A stretch of 64,000 bases of DNA from a virus. The notes beneath the pieces are model-generated. The model did not search any database and was not told where the DNA came from. It was given only the letters and a program-made list of their open reading frames with translations. Location: the IMG/VR virus record IMGVR_UViG_3300033463_000097. One strand, written 5' to 3'. Positions within the stretch are counted from its first letter, which is position 1; the number at the start of each line of letters is the position of its first letter. Below are positions 53,304 through 62,728 of this stretch, one piece after another. The translations under genes were made by a program, and so were the position numbers.

Positions 53304-54120
53304 TTACTGCCTCCATATCTCTTTGAACACTAATTTTCATAATTTCATATGCAACATCATCTAGAAGTTCATCAATAGTACGATCAACTGGGTCTTTTTC
53401 GTGAATAGTAATAAAATTATCGCAAATAGAGTGAATTTCATCATAAGTTTCTTTTGCGATTTTTCTAGCATCTTCCAAATTATGGCAACCGAGTTTTACC
53501 TCTTTCAAATATTCTGGCTGTTTAGTAATGAGGCAACTGCCATAATCTTCTCCAGAGATATATCTTTTTAGATATTCAGATACTCGTAGGAGGTGTGAAA
53601 GTTGTTTCGGGTCGTAGCCGTATTTCTCAATCCAAGGCATGCGCGCAGGATAGTGATGTTCCATGGCGAAATACTTTTCAGACGCAATACCCATCATAGA
53701 CTTGACGCTGCGCACACGGTCGTAGTGAGTGATTTCCTCGCGATGCTCAATTAGACGTTCCCATTCGTGGTAGAAGCCGGTATTTGGACACCAAAAGTAT
53801 GGAGTATAGAGAATCTCAAGGAAGTTGAGATTCTGCTTGCGGAAAGTCTGAACGTAGAGCCGAATGTCTTTGAGGTCAATATGCTCTTCGTTTTCTCTGA
53901 TGTGTGTGGTGCTTAGAGGCTTCCGCGCAAGCGCAATCTCTTTGAAACTCGGTGTCACAATGCATTTTGTATCAATATCAGAACCTTCATAATCCAGACC
54001 GTAGTTTTGACTACCCTGTAGGAAGATGCCAACAATATGCTTTTCGGGGACAAGAGTACGAGCTTCATCAAGATGCTCCATTACTCGTTTCATAATTTCT
54101 TTATCAGAATGGTAATTCAT
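53296..54120 (-). CDS. nucleotidyltransferase-fold protein (Pol-beta superfamily GS...DxD)
   Basis: Contains GIFLQGSQNYGLDYEGSDIDT. Confidence 0.55.
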   Translation of the reverse strand: MNYHSDKEIMKRVMEHLDEARTLVPEKHIVGIFLQGSQNYGLDYEGSDIDTKCIVTPSFKEIALARKPLSTTHIRENEEHIDLKDIRLYVQTFRKQNLNFLEILYTPYFWCPNTGFYHEWERLIEHREEITHYDRVRSVKSMMGIASEKYFAMEHHYPARMPWIEKYGYDPKQLSHLLRVSEYLKRYISGEDYGSCLITKQPEYLKEVKLGCHNLEDARKIAKETYDEIHSICDNFITIHEKDPVDRTIDELLDDVAYEIMKISVQRDMEAVNE

Positions 54121-54166
54121 TTACAGCCCTCCTTCATGAAAATGGTTCAAATGTCCATTCTTTTTT

Positions 54167-54649
54167 CTACTTATTAGAAGCCCGCCCAGCGCATCTCCGC
54201 AATTCTTCAATCATAGCATCTTGCTCTTTTTGAAGTTGTTCTACTCTCTTGGCGCCTTCTTCGCGGACCGTTTTTGCCAAGGCGAGAACTTCCTGGGTAT
54301 TTTCATAATCCTCGCCACGCTTTTCTAATTCTTTTTTATATTTGAGATACTTGCGATAATCTTTTCTCGTTAAAAATTTGATATAAATATATTTCCATTT
54401 ACGATATTGATTACTATTATATATATTCTTTCTATATACTGGAAGATAATAATATCGACTATCATCCCAATTGGAGTTTAACATATGCTCCCAATGATCT
54501 GGGTCTGCATTATAGAAAGTGAGCCATTGATCAAATGTTAGCCAGGTAACTCTTTCAGGACAAGATGATAATTCTTCATCATCCTGTCCGAATCTGGCTT
54601 TTTTATGCCATTTATACCTTAACATTCTTAAACAGTTTCTCCTTTCCAA
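54167..54649 (-). CDS. hypothetical basic protein
   Basis: 160-aa ORF. Confidence 0.4.
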   Translation of the reverse strand: MERRNCLRMLRYKWHKKARFGQDDEELSSCPERVTWLTFDQWLTFYNADPDHWEHMLNSNWDDSRYYYLPVYRKNIYNSNQYRKWKYIYIKFLTRKDYRKYLKYKKELEKRGEDYENTQEVLALAKTVREEGAKRVEQLQKEQDAMIEELRRCAGRASNK

Positions 54650-54851
54650 AATCTGTCAGCCAATAAACCATCTTGCCGGCCGCGCCAGACTTACCAACGT
54701 AACCAGCAGAGACGAGCGGCCGCAGCGTTCCAGAAATAGACTGAGGAGTAACAACCTCATTATATTTGCGGTAAATGAATCCCTTAATTTCAAAACTATT
54801 GAGGCAGGGATGCTCGTCCAGAACCTTAACAATCATATCCTTGTTAGCCAT
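54612..54851 (-). CDS. hypothetical small protein
   Basis: 79-aa ORF. Confidence 0.4.
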   Translation of the reverse strand: MANKDMIVKVLDEHPCLNSFEIKGFIYRKYNEVVTPQSISGTLRPLVSAGYVGKSGAAGKMVYWLTDFGKEKLFKNVKV

Positions 54852-54886
54852 TTTTTATTACTCCTTTATCATTTATTTCTATATAT

Positions 54887-54915
54887 ATTATATCATTTAT
54901 TTTTATAAAAATCAA
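54887..54915 (-). promoter_or_regulatory. sigmaA-type promoter TTGATT-17-TGaTATAAT
   Basis: Consensus elements. Confidence 0.55.
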
Positions 54916-55328
54916 TTAGAAATTCTACTGTGATAGAACCTATCTATTGGTTCCCAATCCTCTACCGCAATACCGCCACAATGATATTTCTCAAACAAGT
55001 TATAATAACAAATTGTTAGATATGTATCATCCATCCAGTCAGGATATACTTCTTCTTTTGAAAGAATTGTGTAATTTGGTTTAAGAGAAATAATTTTCTG
55101 CCATACACTTTCCATCGTGCGATAGCCACGTTTCATCATCTCTTGGCGAATAAGCCAGGAGTATGTGATAAAATGGTCATAATCATACTTAAGAACTTTA
55201 TTTACTAAGATATGATTTGGTGTGCCGTCTTTGATGATTCCTCCTGCAATTGCACTACACTCACGCCATTGCGCTACAAGATGTTCGCGTGACAATAACG
55301 GAATAAGATCTTTATGCCATAATCTCAT
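54912..55328 (-). CDS. hypothetical protein (first gene of the minus block)
   Basis: 138-aa ORF with a promoter directly upstream. Confidence 0.45.
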   Translation of the reverse strand: MRLWHKDLIPLLSREHLVAQWRECSAIAGGIIKDGTPNHILVNKVLKYDYDHFITYSWLIRQEMMKRGYRTMESVWQKIISLKPNYTILSKEEVYPDWMDDTYLTICYYNLFEKYHCGGIAVEDWEPIDRFYHSRISN

Positions 55329-55349
55329 AATATACTCCTTTTTTATTTT

Positions 55350-55378
55350 ATTATACCATATTTTTTATATAAAGTCAA
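55350..55378 (-). promoter_or_regulatory. sigmaA-type promoter TTGACT-17-TGgTATAAT in the divergent region
   Basis: Consensus elements. Confidence 0.55.
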
Positions 55379-55454
55379 ATGGGCGAAATAGAGCAATTGA
55401 AATAAATTAATTTTTACATTTTATAGAAATATCTGATAGAAAGGAGCAATTCAT

Positions 55455-55622
55455 ATGGATTTAACTGATATCGTTACCATTGGTAAAAATGAATATTTTA
55501 TTACCGAGTTTAATAAACTCCTGGCTTTATCTACTTTTGCCATTCCTGGCTCAAAAGTATATTGCACTGAAACTGAAAAGACATATATATGTGTCGATGC
55601 TAATAAGTGGGTGAGTATGTAA
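55455..55622 (+). CDS. small hypothetical protein (first gene of the + strand structural block)
   Basis: RBS AAGGAG. It reads MDLTDIVTIGKNEYF... Confidence 0.45.
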   Translation: MDLTDIVTIGKNEYFITEFNKLLALSTFAIPGSKVYCTETEKTYICVDANKWVSM

Positions 55623-56077
55623 TGGATTTATTTACATTTGCTTTAATGAAAAAGAATTCCTCCGGTGGCGGAGGAAGTGCGCCAGATTTAAGTGCATACG
55701 CTAAAAAAACAGACTTAAATATTTATGCTAAAAAAGATGAGGTAAGGGCATATGTGCCGTTTCCCGATGGATGGATTACGGTTGCGCAAGATAGCAGCAA
55801 AACCATTAAGGATTTATGCGATGTGATTAAAAATGATGAACTTGCCATTGGCGGTCGTGTATTTTTAGGTGGTATTCTATGCGGCTTAAGTGGAATTACT
55901 GGCTTAGCCAATGCTGATGCTGTCGTTGAGATTATTAGCGGCAATACTCCAAACACAAAAGTAATTCATGTTGTAATGACAAGTGGTAGTGTTGCTCCAT
56001 ATAGATGGGAATATACCTATTGGAATGGAGGTAATTCTCATACCGCAGACTGGGTAAGTTGGGAACTGGCAACTTAA
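55622..56077 (+). CDS. hypothetical structural protein
   Basis: ATG 55622 (MDLFTFALMKK) is in frame with track ORF 55607..56077. Confidence 0.5.
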   Translation: MDLFTFALMKKNSSGGGGSAPDLSAYAKKTDLNIYAKKDEVRAYVPFPDGWITVAQDSSKTIKDLCDVIKNDELAIGGRVFLGGILCGLSGITGLANADAVVEIISGNTPNTKVIHVVMTSGSVAPYRWEYTYWNGGNSHTADWVSWELAT

Positions 56078-56106
56078 TTTATTTTAAAATGGAAAGGAGA
56101 ATATGA

Positions 56107-56616
56107 ATGGATTTAATAACATATAATACAATTAAGAACAAGAAAAATGTTGTAAATAATTATGTTTCTTATTATCCTTATTATTATTGTCCTACTCCCA
56201 TACAAAAAGAAAAAACTACCGTAGTAAAGTCTTGTCCAATTACACACAATTATTATTATCCATATGGCTATTATCATCCATATTTTCCAATGCCATAGCC
56301 AATTAAACCAAAATAGCGCCCATTTACTACAACTATTATCTCAGCATATGATATAGCCGTAAAAAATGGATTTGAAGGAACCGAACAAGAGTGGTTAAGT
56401 AGCTTAATTCCATCCATAGGAGAAAATGGACATTGGTTTATAAATAATATTGATACAGGGCTAATTGCAACATTAGATAAAAATATAGATTATAATGATT
56501 TAATAAATAAGCCTACATTAAATGGACAATTATTATAGGGCGATATTAATTTAGAAAATATTTCAGAAGAATTTATTAATGATTTATTTGCAGAAAAAAT
56601 AAATCAAAATAATTAA
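56107..56616 (+). CDS. Tyr/Pro-rich N-terminal protein (YYPYYYCP...YYYPYGYYHPYFP), 3 in-frame TAG
   Basis: Frame 1 is continuous through the TAGs to TAA 56614. Confidence 0.45.
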
Positions 56617-56644
56617 TAAAAAATATGAGAGAAAGGAGTTAAAA

Positions 56645-56890
56645 ATGGCAAATAAACAATGGCTTGATGCAGAAGGTCTAGAAACACTAGTTGAGCATAT
56701 TAAATTATTACATAATTAGCAGCAAGAAGTTATTGACACTTTAAATGCCTCTAATAATACTCCTGGCTCTATTGGCAAAATGATAAATGATGCTATTGCA
56801 CAGTTAGACACAGCCAATTTATTCCACGGAGATACTATATATTTGTATGGTGGTTCTGCTTCTGAAGTAATGGAGGAGGCAGATGAATGA
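56645..56890 (+). CDS. hypothetical small protein, 1 in-frame TAG
   Basis: RBS GAAAGGAG. It reads MANKQWLDAEGLETLVEHIKLLHNqQQEV... Confidence 0.45.
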
Positions 56891-57408
56891 AAAAAGTAAT
56901 TAATGCAATTATTTAGTTGCGACGAGATAATGATTATAATTTTGAAAATATAAAAAATACTTTTGTACCAGCAAATGGCGAAGTTGTTTTAGTAGATACG
57001 GCTTAGGGAGGATTACGAGCCAAGGTTGGGAATGGATATAGCACATATGCAGAATTATAGTTTACAGATTAGGATATTCGTAATACAGTTCAATAGGGGT
57101 ATTATAGTGGGGGAGAATTTTATAAAGACCAAACTTTAAATACCCCTTTTGAAAAGATGATTAATAAAATTTACATAGATAAACCTCATAGTAAAATTTT
57201 TTATTTTAATGGAGTTGAATATGTTCCAATAGATGCTACATTAACGACCGCATCAAGTGAATTAGCAGGAACTATGAAATTATATAACACTATTGGATAT
57301 AATATAGATGGTACTATGACACAAAAAAGTATTACTGATGAATTAGATTTAAGGTATAAAACCAATATTGATGATGATAATGAATTATTAATATTTTCAT
57401 TAAATTAA
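56887..57408 (+). CDS. hypothetical tail-associated protein, 5 in-frame TAG
   Basis: ATGA overlap with the previous gene; in frame with track ORF 57157..57408. Confidence 0.45.
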
Positions 57409-57422
57409 GGGGGATATAAAAT

Positions 57423-58703
57423 ATGGCGCAAACATATACACATACACCAGTTCTTTCTAAAGTAAAGATGGGTAATACCACCTATTACTTAAAAGATGCT
57501 GATGTTCGTGCGATTTTAGATACTTTTGGTAATTCTGTGACATATAGCGTTGCTAATTCTATCGCAGATGGTAGTGAAGGACTCGTTACTTCGGATCAAG
57601 TATACGATTTTGTTAACCGTTAGATTGGCGCAGTCGGAGATATTTTAAATTTACGTTCTGAAACCGATCATACTGATGTCGAAACTCCAGCAGCAGGCGA
57701 TTTTGTTGTTGAAGATGATGGCTCTGAATGGTTATATGATGGTACAACATGGCGTGAAGTTGGTTCTGAAGCTGCATATGTATTAAAAACATTTACCATT
57801 GCCGGCGTTAATATGCAAGATAATATTACTGCGGCAGAATTACAAACTGCATTAGGACTTAAAGCTCTTGCATATAAAGATAAGGGTTCTGTTTCAATCA
57901 CAACTGTTGATGGAATAAACGCTTTCTCAACTGGTAAAGCTGGCTCATATAGCGTAAGCTCTACTCCAGTTTCAGTTCCTGCTACATATAGTGCTCTTGA
58001 TGTAACTCCTGCAGGTTCGGTTTCCATTACCGCCGGAACGGCAGCCGCAGCTAGCTATGATAAAGCTACTTCGGTTTCAGTTGCAACGGCAGCCCCTGCG
58101 GAGGGCCAAAGTGCAACCTATACTCCTGCCGGTAGCGTATCGATAACAGATGTTACAGTTACTCCGGCTACTGGTGAAGTAGCAACCGTTACCAGTGCTG
58201 GTACTGCTTATCAACTAACTGCAGGTAGTGTTACACATGCAAGTGATACAACAGGAACTTTTACTACTGAGGGGGTTGTTGCTTCAGTCGGCACGGGCAC
58301 CGATGCAGAAACTTTAATTTTAAGCTCTGCTAACACTGGCTCTGCTGTGACAGCAGTTGGTACAATTTCTTATACGAGTCCCTCATTGACTGGAACACTT
58401 CCAACTTTTGGAACTGCAAGTGTTGTTACTGGAATTTCTGGAGCTTCTGCAACTGCTTCATTTTCTGGTGAGGGCGTTATGATTAATGCAACTCCTGGTT
58501 ATACTACGACTGCTGCAACAGTTACACAACCTACTTTCACAGGCAGTTTTTCTGGTACATCAAAAAGTGTTACACCTACTGTAGCAACTACTGTTTCCGC
58601 AGCAGGTACAGATGGAAGCGTTACTGTCGCTTCCGAATCTATTACTCCAACATTTACAAGTTCTGAAAAAACAGCATAGGTTACTTTTGGAGTAAATTCT
58701 TAA
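57423..58703 (+). CDS. tail fibre protein with Ig-like Ser/Thr/Ala/Gly-rich repeats (TPAGSVSIT ...), 2 in-frame TAG
   Basis: Track ORFs 57423.. and 57813.. share a frame. The frame continues through tag 58677 to TAA 58701. Confidence 0.6.
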
Positions 58704-58781
58704 TTTCTTGAAAACGATAGAAATTATATAAAAAAAATAAATTATATAACCTTTGAAAACGATAAGGGATATAATTTTTTC

Positions 58782-58826
58782 TCGGGTAGAGGATAATTAT
58801 ATCCTTTACCCGTTTTTTTTATTTAA
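58782..58826 (+). terminator. hairpin cgggta..tacccg followed by a T8 run
   Basis: Downstream of the 57423..58703 gene. Confidence 0.5.
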
Positions 58827-58840
58827 GGAGAAAACATATT

Positions 58841-59068
58841 ATGGAAAAAACAAAAGTTTTTATAAAAAGTGATACAGAAGAAAATTGGAATAAAGCTAAA
58901 AATTTTATTCCAAAAGAAAATGAAGTTATTGTATATACTAATTTTAGTCCAAATGGTATAAAAATTGGCGATGGAAAAACTAAAATACAAGATCTCCCTT
59001 TTGTAAATAATGCAGAATATTTTATAGAAAAAGATACTTTAATTATTAATACAATAAGGGGGGGATAA
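58841..59068 (+). CDS. small hypothetical tail protein
   Basis: 75-aa ORF with RBS AAGGAG. Confidence 0.45.
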   Translation: MEKTKVFIKSDTEENWNKAKNFIPKENEVIVYTNFSPNGIKIGDGKTKIQDLPFVNNAEYFIEKDTLIINTIRGG

Positions 59069-59069
59069 T

Positions 59070-60509
59070 ATGGCCGATCTTTCAAAAATTAATTTAAATA
59101 ATAGTGTATATAATATAAAAGATGCCACTGCCCGAACTAATCTTACAACTCATACTGGTAATACAACAGTACATATTACCGCAGCGGAACGTACTGCTTG
59201 GAATGCAAAGCAAGATGCATTAACTATAGATACAGCTATGAGTTCAACAAGCACTAATCCGGTATAGAATAAAGTTATAAATACTGCGTTAGGAACAAAA
59301 CAAAATACAATTACAGCTGGCGCCGGATTATCTTTTGGAACTGGCACAGCAGCCGCTACACTTGGACATAGTAATAGTATAACTGCGGGGACTGCTGGTA
59401 CATCATCGGCTACATCTGGATCAACATTAGCAGTTCCATATGTCACTTATAACGCATAGGGGCATATAACTGCTGTGGGTACCCACACTCATACTGTTAC
59501 TGGATTTTAGGCGCCAATTACTGCTGGCGCAGGCTTATCATTTGGAACCGGAACAGCGGTAAATACTCTTGGGCATAGCAATAGTATAACCGCCGGCACA
59601 GTAGGAACCTCAAGTGCAACTTCTGGATCCACGTTAGCAGTTCCGTATGTTACATATAATGCACAAGGACATATAACTGCCGTAGGCACCCACACTCATA
59701 CTGTCACTGGCTTTCAGGCTCCTATAACAGCGGGGACAGGGCTAGCATTTGGAACTGGAACGGCAGCAGCTACTTTAGGACACAGTAATAGTGTTACCGC
59801 GGGTTCTGTGGGTACTTCAAGTGCAACATCTGGGTCTACTCTGGCTGTCCCATGGGTTACTTTTGATTCTTGTGGGCATATGACAAACAAGGGTACACAC
59901 ACCCATACGATTAGCGGATTTGTTCCTACTGCCCCTTCTTCAACAGCTGTTGACGCAGCTGCTCAAGCTAATTCAATTGTAATAGGCAAAGCAGCAGCCT
60001 CGTCTGCTAATATTCCCGCTGCCTATGCATCGCTGTATATTAATATGCCGTGGAGCTCAGATTGGGCAACGCAATTTTTAATAAATTCACAAGGCAATGC
60101 ATATTTTAGAATGGCAAACAATACCACAACAAATTCAACAACAACCACAACGGGCACGTGGAAGAGAATTGCGCCTGCTAACGCAGATGGTATTGTTCAA
60201 ATTGCCAACGGTGGAACTGGGGCCAGTGCGTTAACTGGATTACTAGGAAGTAATGGTAGCGCTTTTTATGCTAATTATACTGGAAGTGTTGTAGCTGATT
60301 GTAATAGTGCTACAACTGGAGGACTTTACAGAGTAAATTCCAGCTCTACAAAGACTAATGCACCAGCTAGCGGAACTTATACTGGAATACTAATTGTATT
60401 TTAGTATGCTGCTTCAAACGTGGGTCAATTAGCTGTGCTTTGCCGTGGTAATGGAGTTTACTACCGTCAGTTATATAGTAGTACATGGAGTTCATGGACC
60501 AAATTATAA
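59070..60509 (+). CDS. tail fibre with three tandem ~63-aa repeats (..SITAGT.GTSSATSGSTLAVPYVTYNAQGHITAVGTHTHTVTGFQAP), 4 in-frame TAG
   Basis: Track ORFs 59070.. and 59808.. share a frame. In repeat 1 TAG occupies the positions that are CAA and CAG in repeat 2. Confidence 0.7.
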
Positions 60510-60521
60510 AAAGGAGAAATT

Positions 60522-60878
60522 ATGTATAGACATATTATATATATAGATGAATAGAATAATATTATTGGAGCAGAGAGTTTAACAGAGGATGATGAATTTT
60601 TACTTGAAAATCCTATTATCTTTGAAACGTCGGAAGAAAAGATTTTTGAACCAGAGCCAGGTCATCCTGCTTGGGGTGTCTTTGCTCCAGATAATATGAC
60701 ATGGATACCTTGCTATCGCTATGACGTATCCAATCATTTGATCTTAAAACGATCTCAAGCAGATATCGATAGTGATATAGCAAGCATACCAGAACCTCCT
60801 CCCTCTATTTTAGATAGAATTGAATCATAGGTTTTTTATACTGCAATGATGACAGATACTTTATTGGAGGAGGAATAA
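60522..60878 (+). CDS. hypothetical acidic protein, 2 in-frame TAG
   Basis: RBS AAAGGAG. It reads MYRHIIYIDEqNNIIGAESLTEDDEF... Confidence 0.4.
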
Positions 60879-60881
60879 TAT

Positions 60882-61004
60882 ATGTTTGAAAAAATTAAAA
60901 AATGGTATAAACAAGGATTATGGAATATTGTAATGGTGGCAAATGCTGTTTCTAAAGGAATTATTACTCAACAACAATATGAAGAAATTATTAATCAAAA
61001 ATAA
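60882..61004 (+). CDS. xkdX: XkdX-family small phage protein
   Basis: MFEKIKKWYKQGLWNIVMVANAVSKGIITQQQYEEIINQK matches the XkdX signature. The RBS is GGAGGAGG. Confidence 0.7.
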   Translation: MFEKIKKWYKQGLWNIVMVANAVSKGIITQQQYEEIINQK

Positions 61005-61008
61005 AAAA

Positions 61009-61044
61009 AGGGAGATACCTAAATTGGTATCTCCCTTTTTTTTG
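61009..61044. terminator. bidirectional intrinsic terminator (agggagatacc / ggtatctccct, flanked by A-run and T-run)
   Basis: It sits between convergent genes. Confidence 0.65.
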
Positions 61045-61052
61045 TTTTTGTT

Positions 61053-62600
61053 TTACCGGATGCAAGCGTAACGCTCGGAGTCCAGCTTATCGAACATGAG
61101 GTCGTAGGCAGTGACGCCCTTGAGAACCTGCTCGAAGATGACAGGACTGAAACCAGAGACGTAGCTCACGTGGCCGGAGACACGCATCGGGATGTTATCC
61201 TGACGCGCCTGGACGTTCCAGAATACAAGATTCGGCATCTTGTAGCCAGCAGCGTTCCAGCGCTTTTCGATGGTCTCGAAAAGGGTCTCACTTACACCGG
61301 CGTGGCGCATATAGCCCCAGCGGTCGCGCTCAGTACCGTTGCTGCAAGTGCAAGCATTGAACTCCATGTCGGAGACAATGATTACAGATGCAGGAATCTC
61401 GTCCTGAGAGCAGTGGTTCTGCTTTGCGATGCGGAGCATCTGGTCAAAGACAGCCTCCACGTTGGTGCTTCCATCCCAGTCCGCCTGCGCCATACGGTTC
61501 ACCTTGTCGACAAAGTCGACACCGGTTACTTCGATGAACGTAGGACGATCACTGAAGGTGAAAAAGTGGTCTGCAAATGCGCCACGATTGCGCTCGGCGC
61601 AATACATAGCGATAGACAGAGCAACTGCGAGAGGATCGCCGTACATAGAACCAGAGGTATCGGCAACGCAGATACCATTAAAGGTACAACCCTTAAAGTA
61701 ATCTGCAAGATTCTCCCAGTACTTGTTGACCATCAGACGCTCAGTGTCGTCGAGGTCACCACTCTTACGGCCGCCGAAGTAGCCGCCCCAGTGACCGAAG
61801 CGCATAGCCTCCTTGACAACCTCGTAAGGATACAGAGCCTTGGCGTTAACCTTGGTATTCTTATCCTTAGCGAAGTCCTCATAAGACTGAACAGCCTTTT
61901 CAGACTTCATGCGCTCGATATCGTGACGCGCAAACGCGTTACGATAAATCATACCGGCGCGAGAAGGAATCTTGTCGAATTCAATCTCGTCCCAGCGGCC
62001 CGCAGACATCAGACGCTCCAGAACGCGAATGCGCTCACGGAGGATAGACAGAGTCTTGCGGTACTCCTTGTGATTCATGCCGAAATACTTGCGGGTCTTG
62101 TCCGCCAGCTTACGGGAATCCAAGGAGCTAGTATTCTCACTCTTCAGCCACTTAGCCAGAAGAGAAGGAGTCTTGCACTGAACGTCGAGTGCAAGCTGCT
62201 TATGCATCAGCTTGAACGCGTCCTGCTCCAGCGGAGTGCCGACAAAAACATACAGGTCGTCCCAGCGACCGAACTCTGGGACGTACTGCAGATTAGGACG
62301 CATAGACTCAGTGTACTCCCGCGCCAGATACTTGGTCACGACGCGGAAGAAGCGACGCTCACCCTGTCCCCCACGCACGTCGCGCAGATAGAACAGGCAC
62401 TTCATAGCATAGACAGGCTCTTCATCGAAAGCCTTCATGAAGAGGTTGATAACATCAGCATCGGTGCGGGTACGGTATGCCCCACCGAGCGCGAACAGGT
62501 CGAGCAGACCGTCAAGAGTGCTCTTGTAGGTCAGCGCGCCATTCTCAGTGTAGGTGTAGTTGCTCTCGGCCTTGAGAGCATCCATGAACTTGTTAGCCAT
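61053..62600 (-). CDS. vWA-domain protein of the DUF2828 / Ro60(TROVE)-like family; GC-rich (~50%) gene
   Basis: 515-aa ORF with a vWA-like MIDAS region (VADTSGSM). It carries a full-length antisense ORF (61170..62693), has no TAG, and differs in composition from the surrounding genome. Confidence 0.5.
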   Translation of the reverse strand: MANKFMDALKAESNYTYTENGALTYKSTLDGLLDLFALGGAYRTRTDADVINLFMKAFDEEPVYAMKCLFYLRDVRGGQGERRFFRVVTKYLAREYTESMRPNLQYVPEFGRWDDLYVFVGTPLEQDAFKLMHKQLALDVQCKTPSLLAKWLKSENTSSLDSRKLADKTRKYFGMNHKEYRKTLSILRERIRVLERLMSAGRWDEIEFDKIPSRAGMIYRNAFARHDIERMKSEKAVQSYEDFAKDKNTKVNAKALYPYEVVKEAMRFGHWGGYFGGRKSGDLDDTERLMVNKYWENLADYFKGCTFNGICVADTSGSMYGDPLAVALSIAMYCAERNRGAFADHFFTFSDRPTFIEVTGVDFVDKVNRMAQADWDGSTNVEAVFDQMLRIAKQNHCSQDEIPASVIIVSDMEFNACTCSNGTERDRWGYMRHAGVSETLFETIEKRWNAAGYKMPNLVFWNVQARQDNIPMRVSGHVSYVSGFSPVIFEQVLKGVTAYDLMFDKLDSERYACIR

Positions 62601-62684
62601 AGTAGTTTTTCTCCTTTTTCTCTTATTGATTTCCTCTTGGACAAGAGGATTTTTAAGATTTTCCTTTATTTATCTTACTTATAT

Positions 62685-62713
62685 ATTATATAATATTTTT
62701 TTATAAAAATCAA
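62685..62713 (-). promoter_or_regulatory. sigmaA-type promoter TTGATT-17-TATAAT
   Basis: Upstream of the 62600 start. Confidence 0.55.
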
Positions 62714-62728
62714 ATTAGAGATTTTTTC

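Noticed and set aside
58714-58775. TTGAAA...TATAAT as a sigmaA promoter for the downstream fibre gene.
   Set aside because: The spacer is only 11 nt; the consensus requires 16-18.
61170-62693. 507-aa + strand ORF as a gene. The same question applies to 50223..51029 (+), 59150..59902 (-), 26381..27019 (+), 17811..18224 (+) and 2850..3401 (-).
   Set aside because: These ORFs lie antisense to well-supported genes, have low-complexity translations, and arise from GC-rich or repeat-rich codon composition of the real gene.
10324-62713. The recurring ~40-nt AT-rich motif as a CRISPR array or a MITE family.
   Set aside because: The copies are kilobases apart, always in intergenic positions upstream of a start, and resolve into -35/17 nt/-10 promoter elements. 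There are no regular spacers or terminal inverted repeats.
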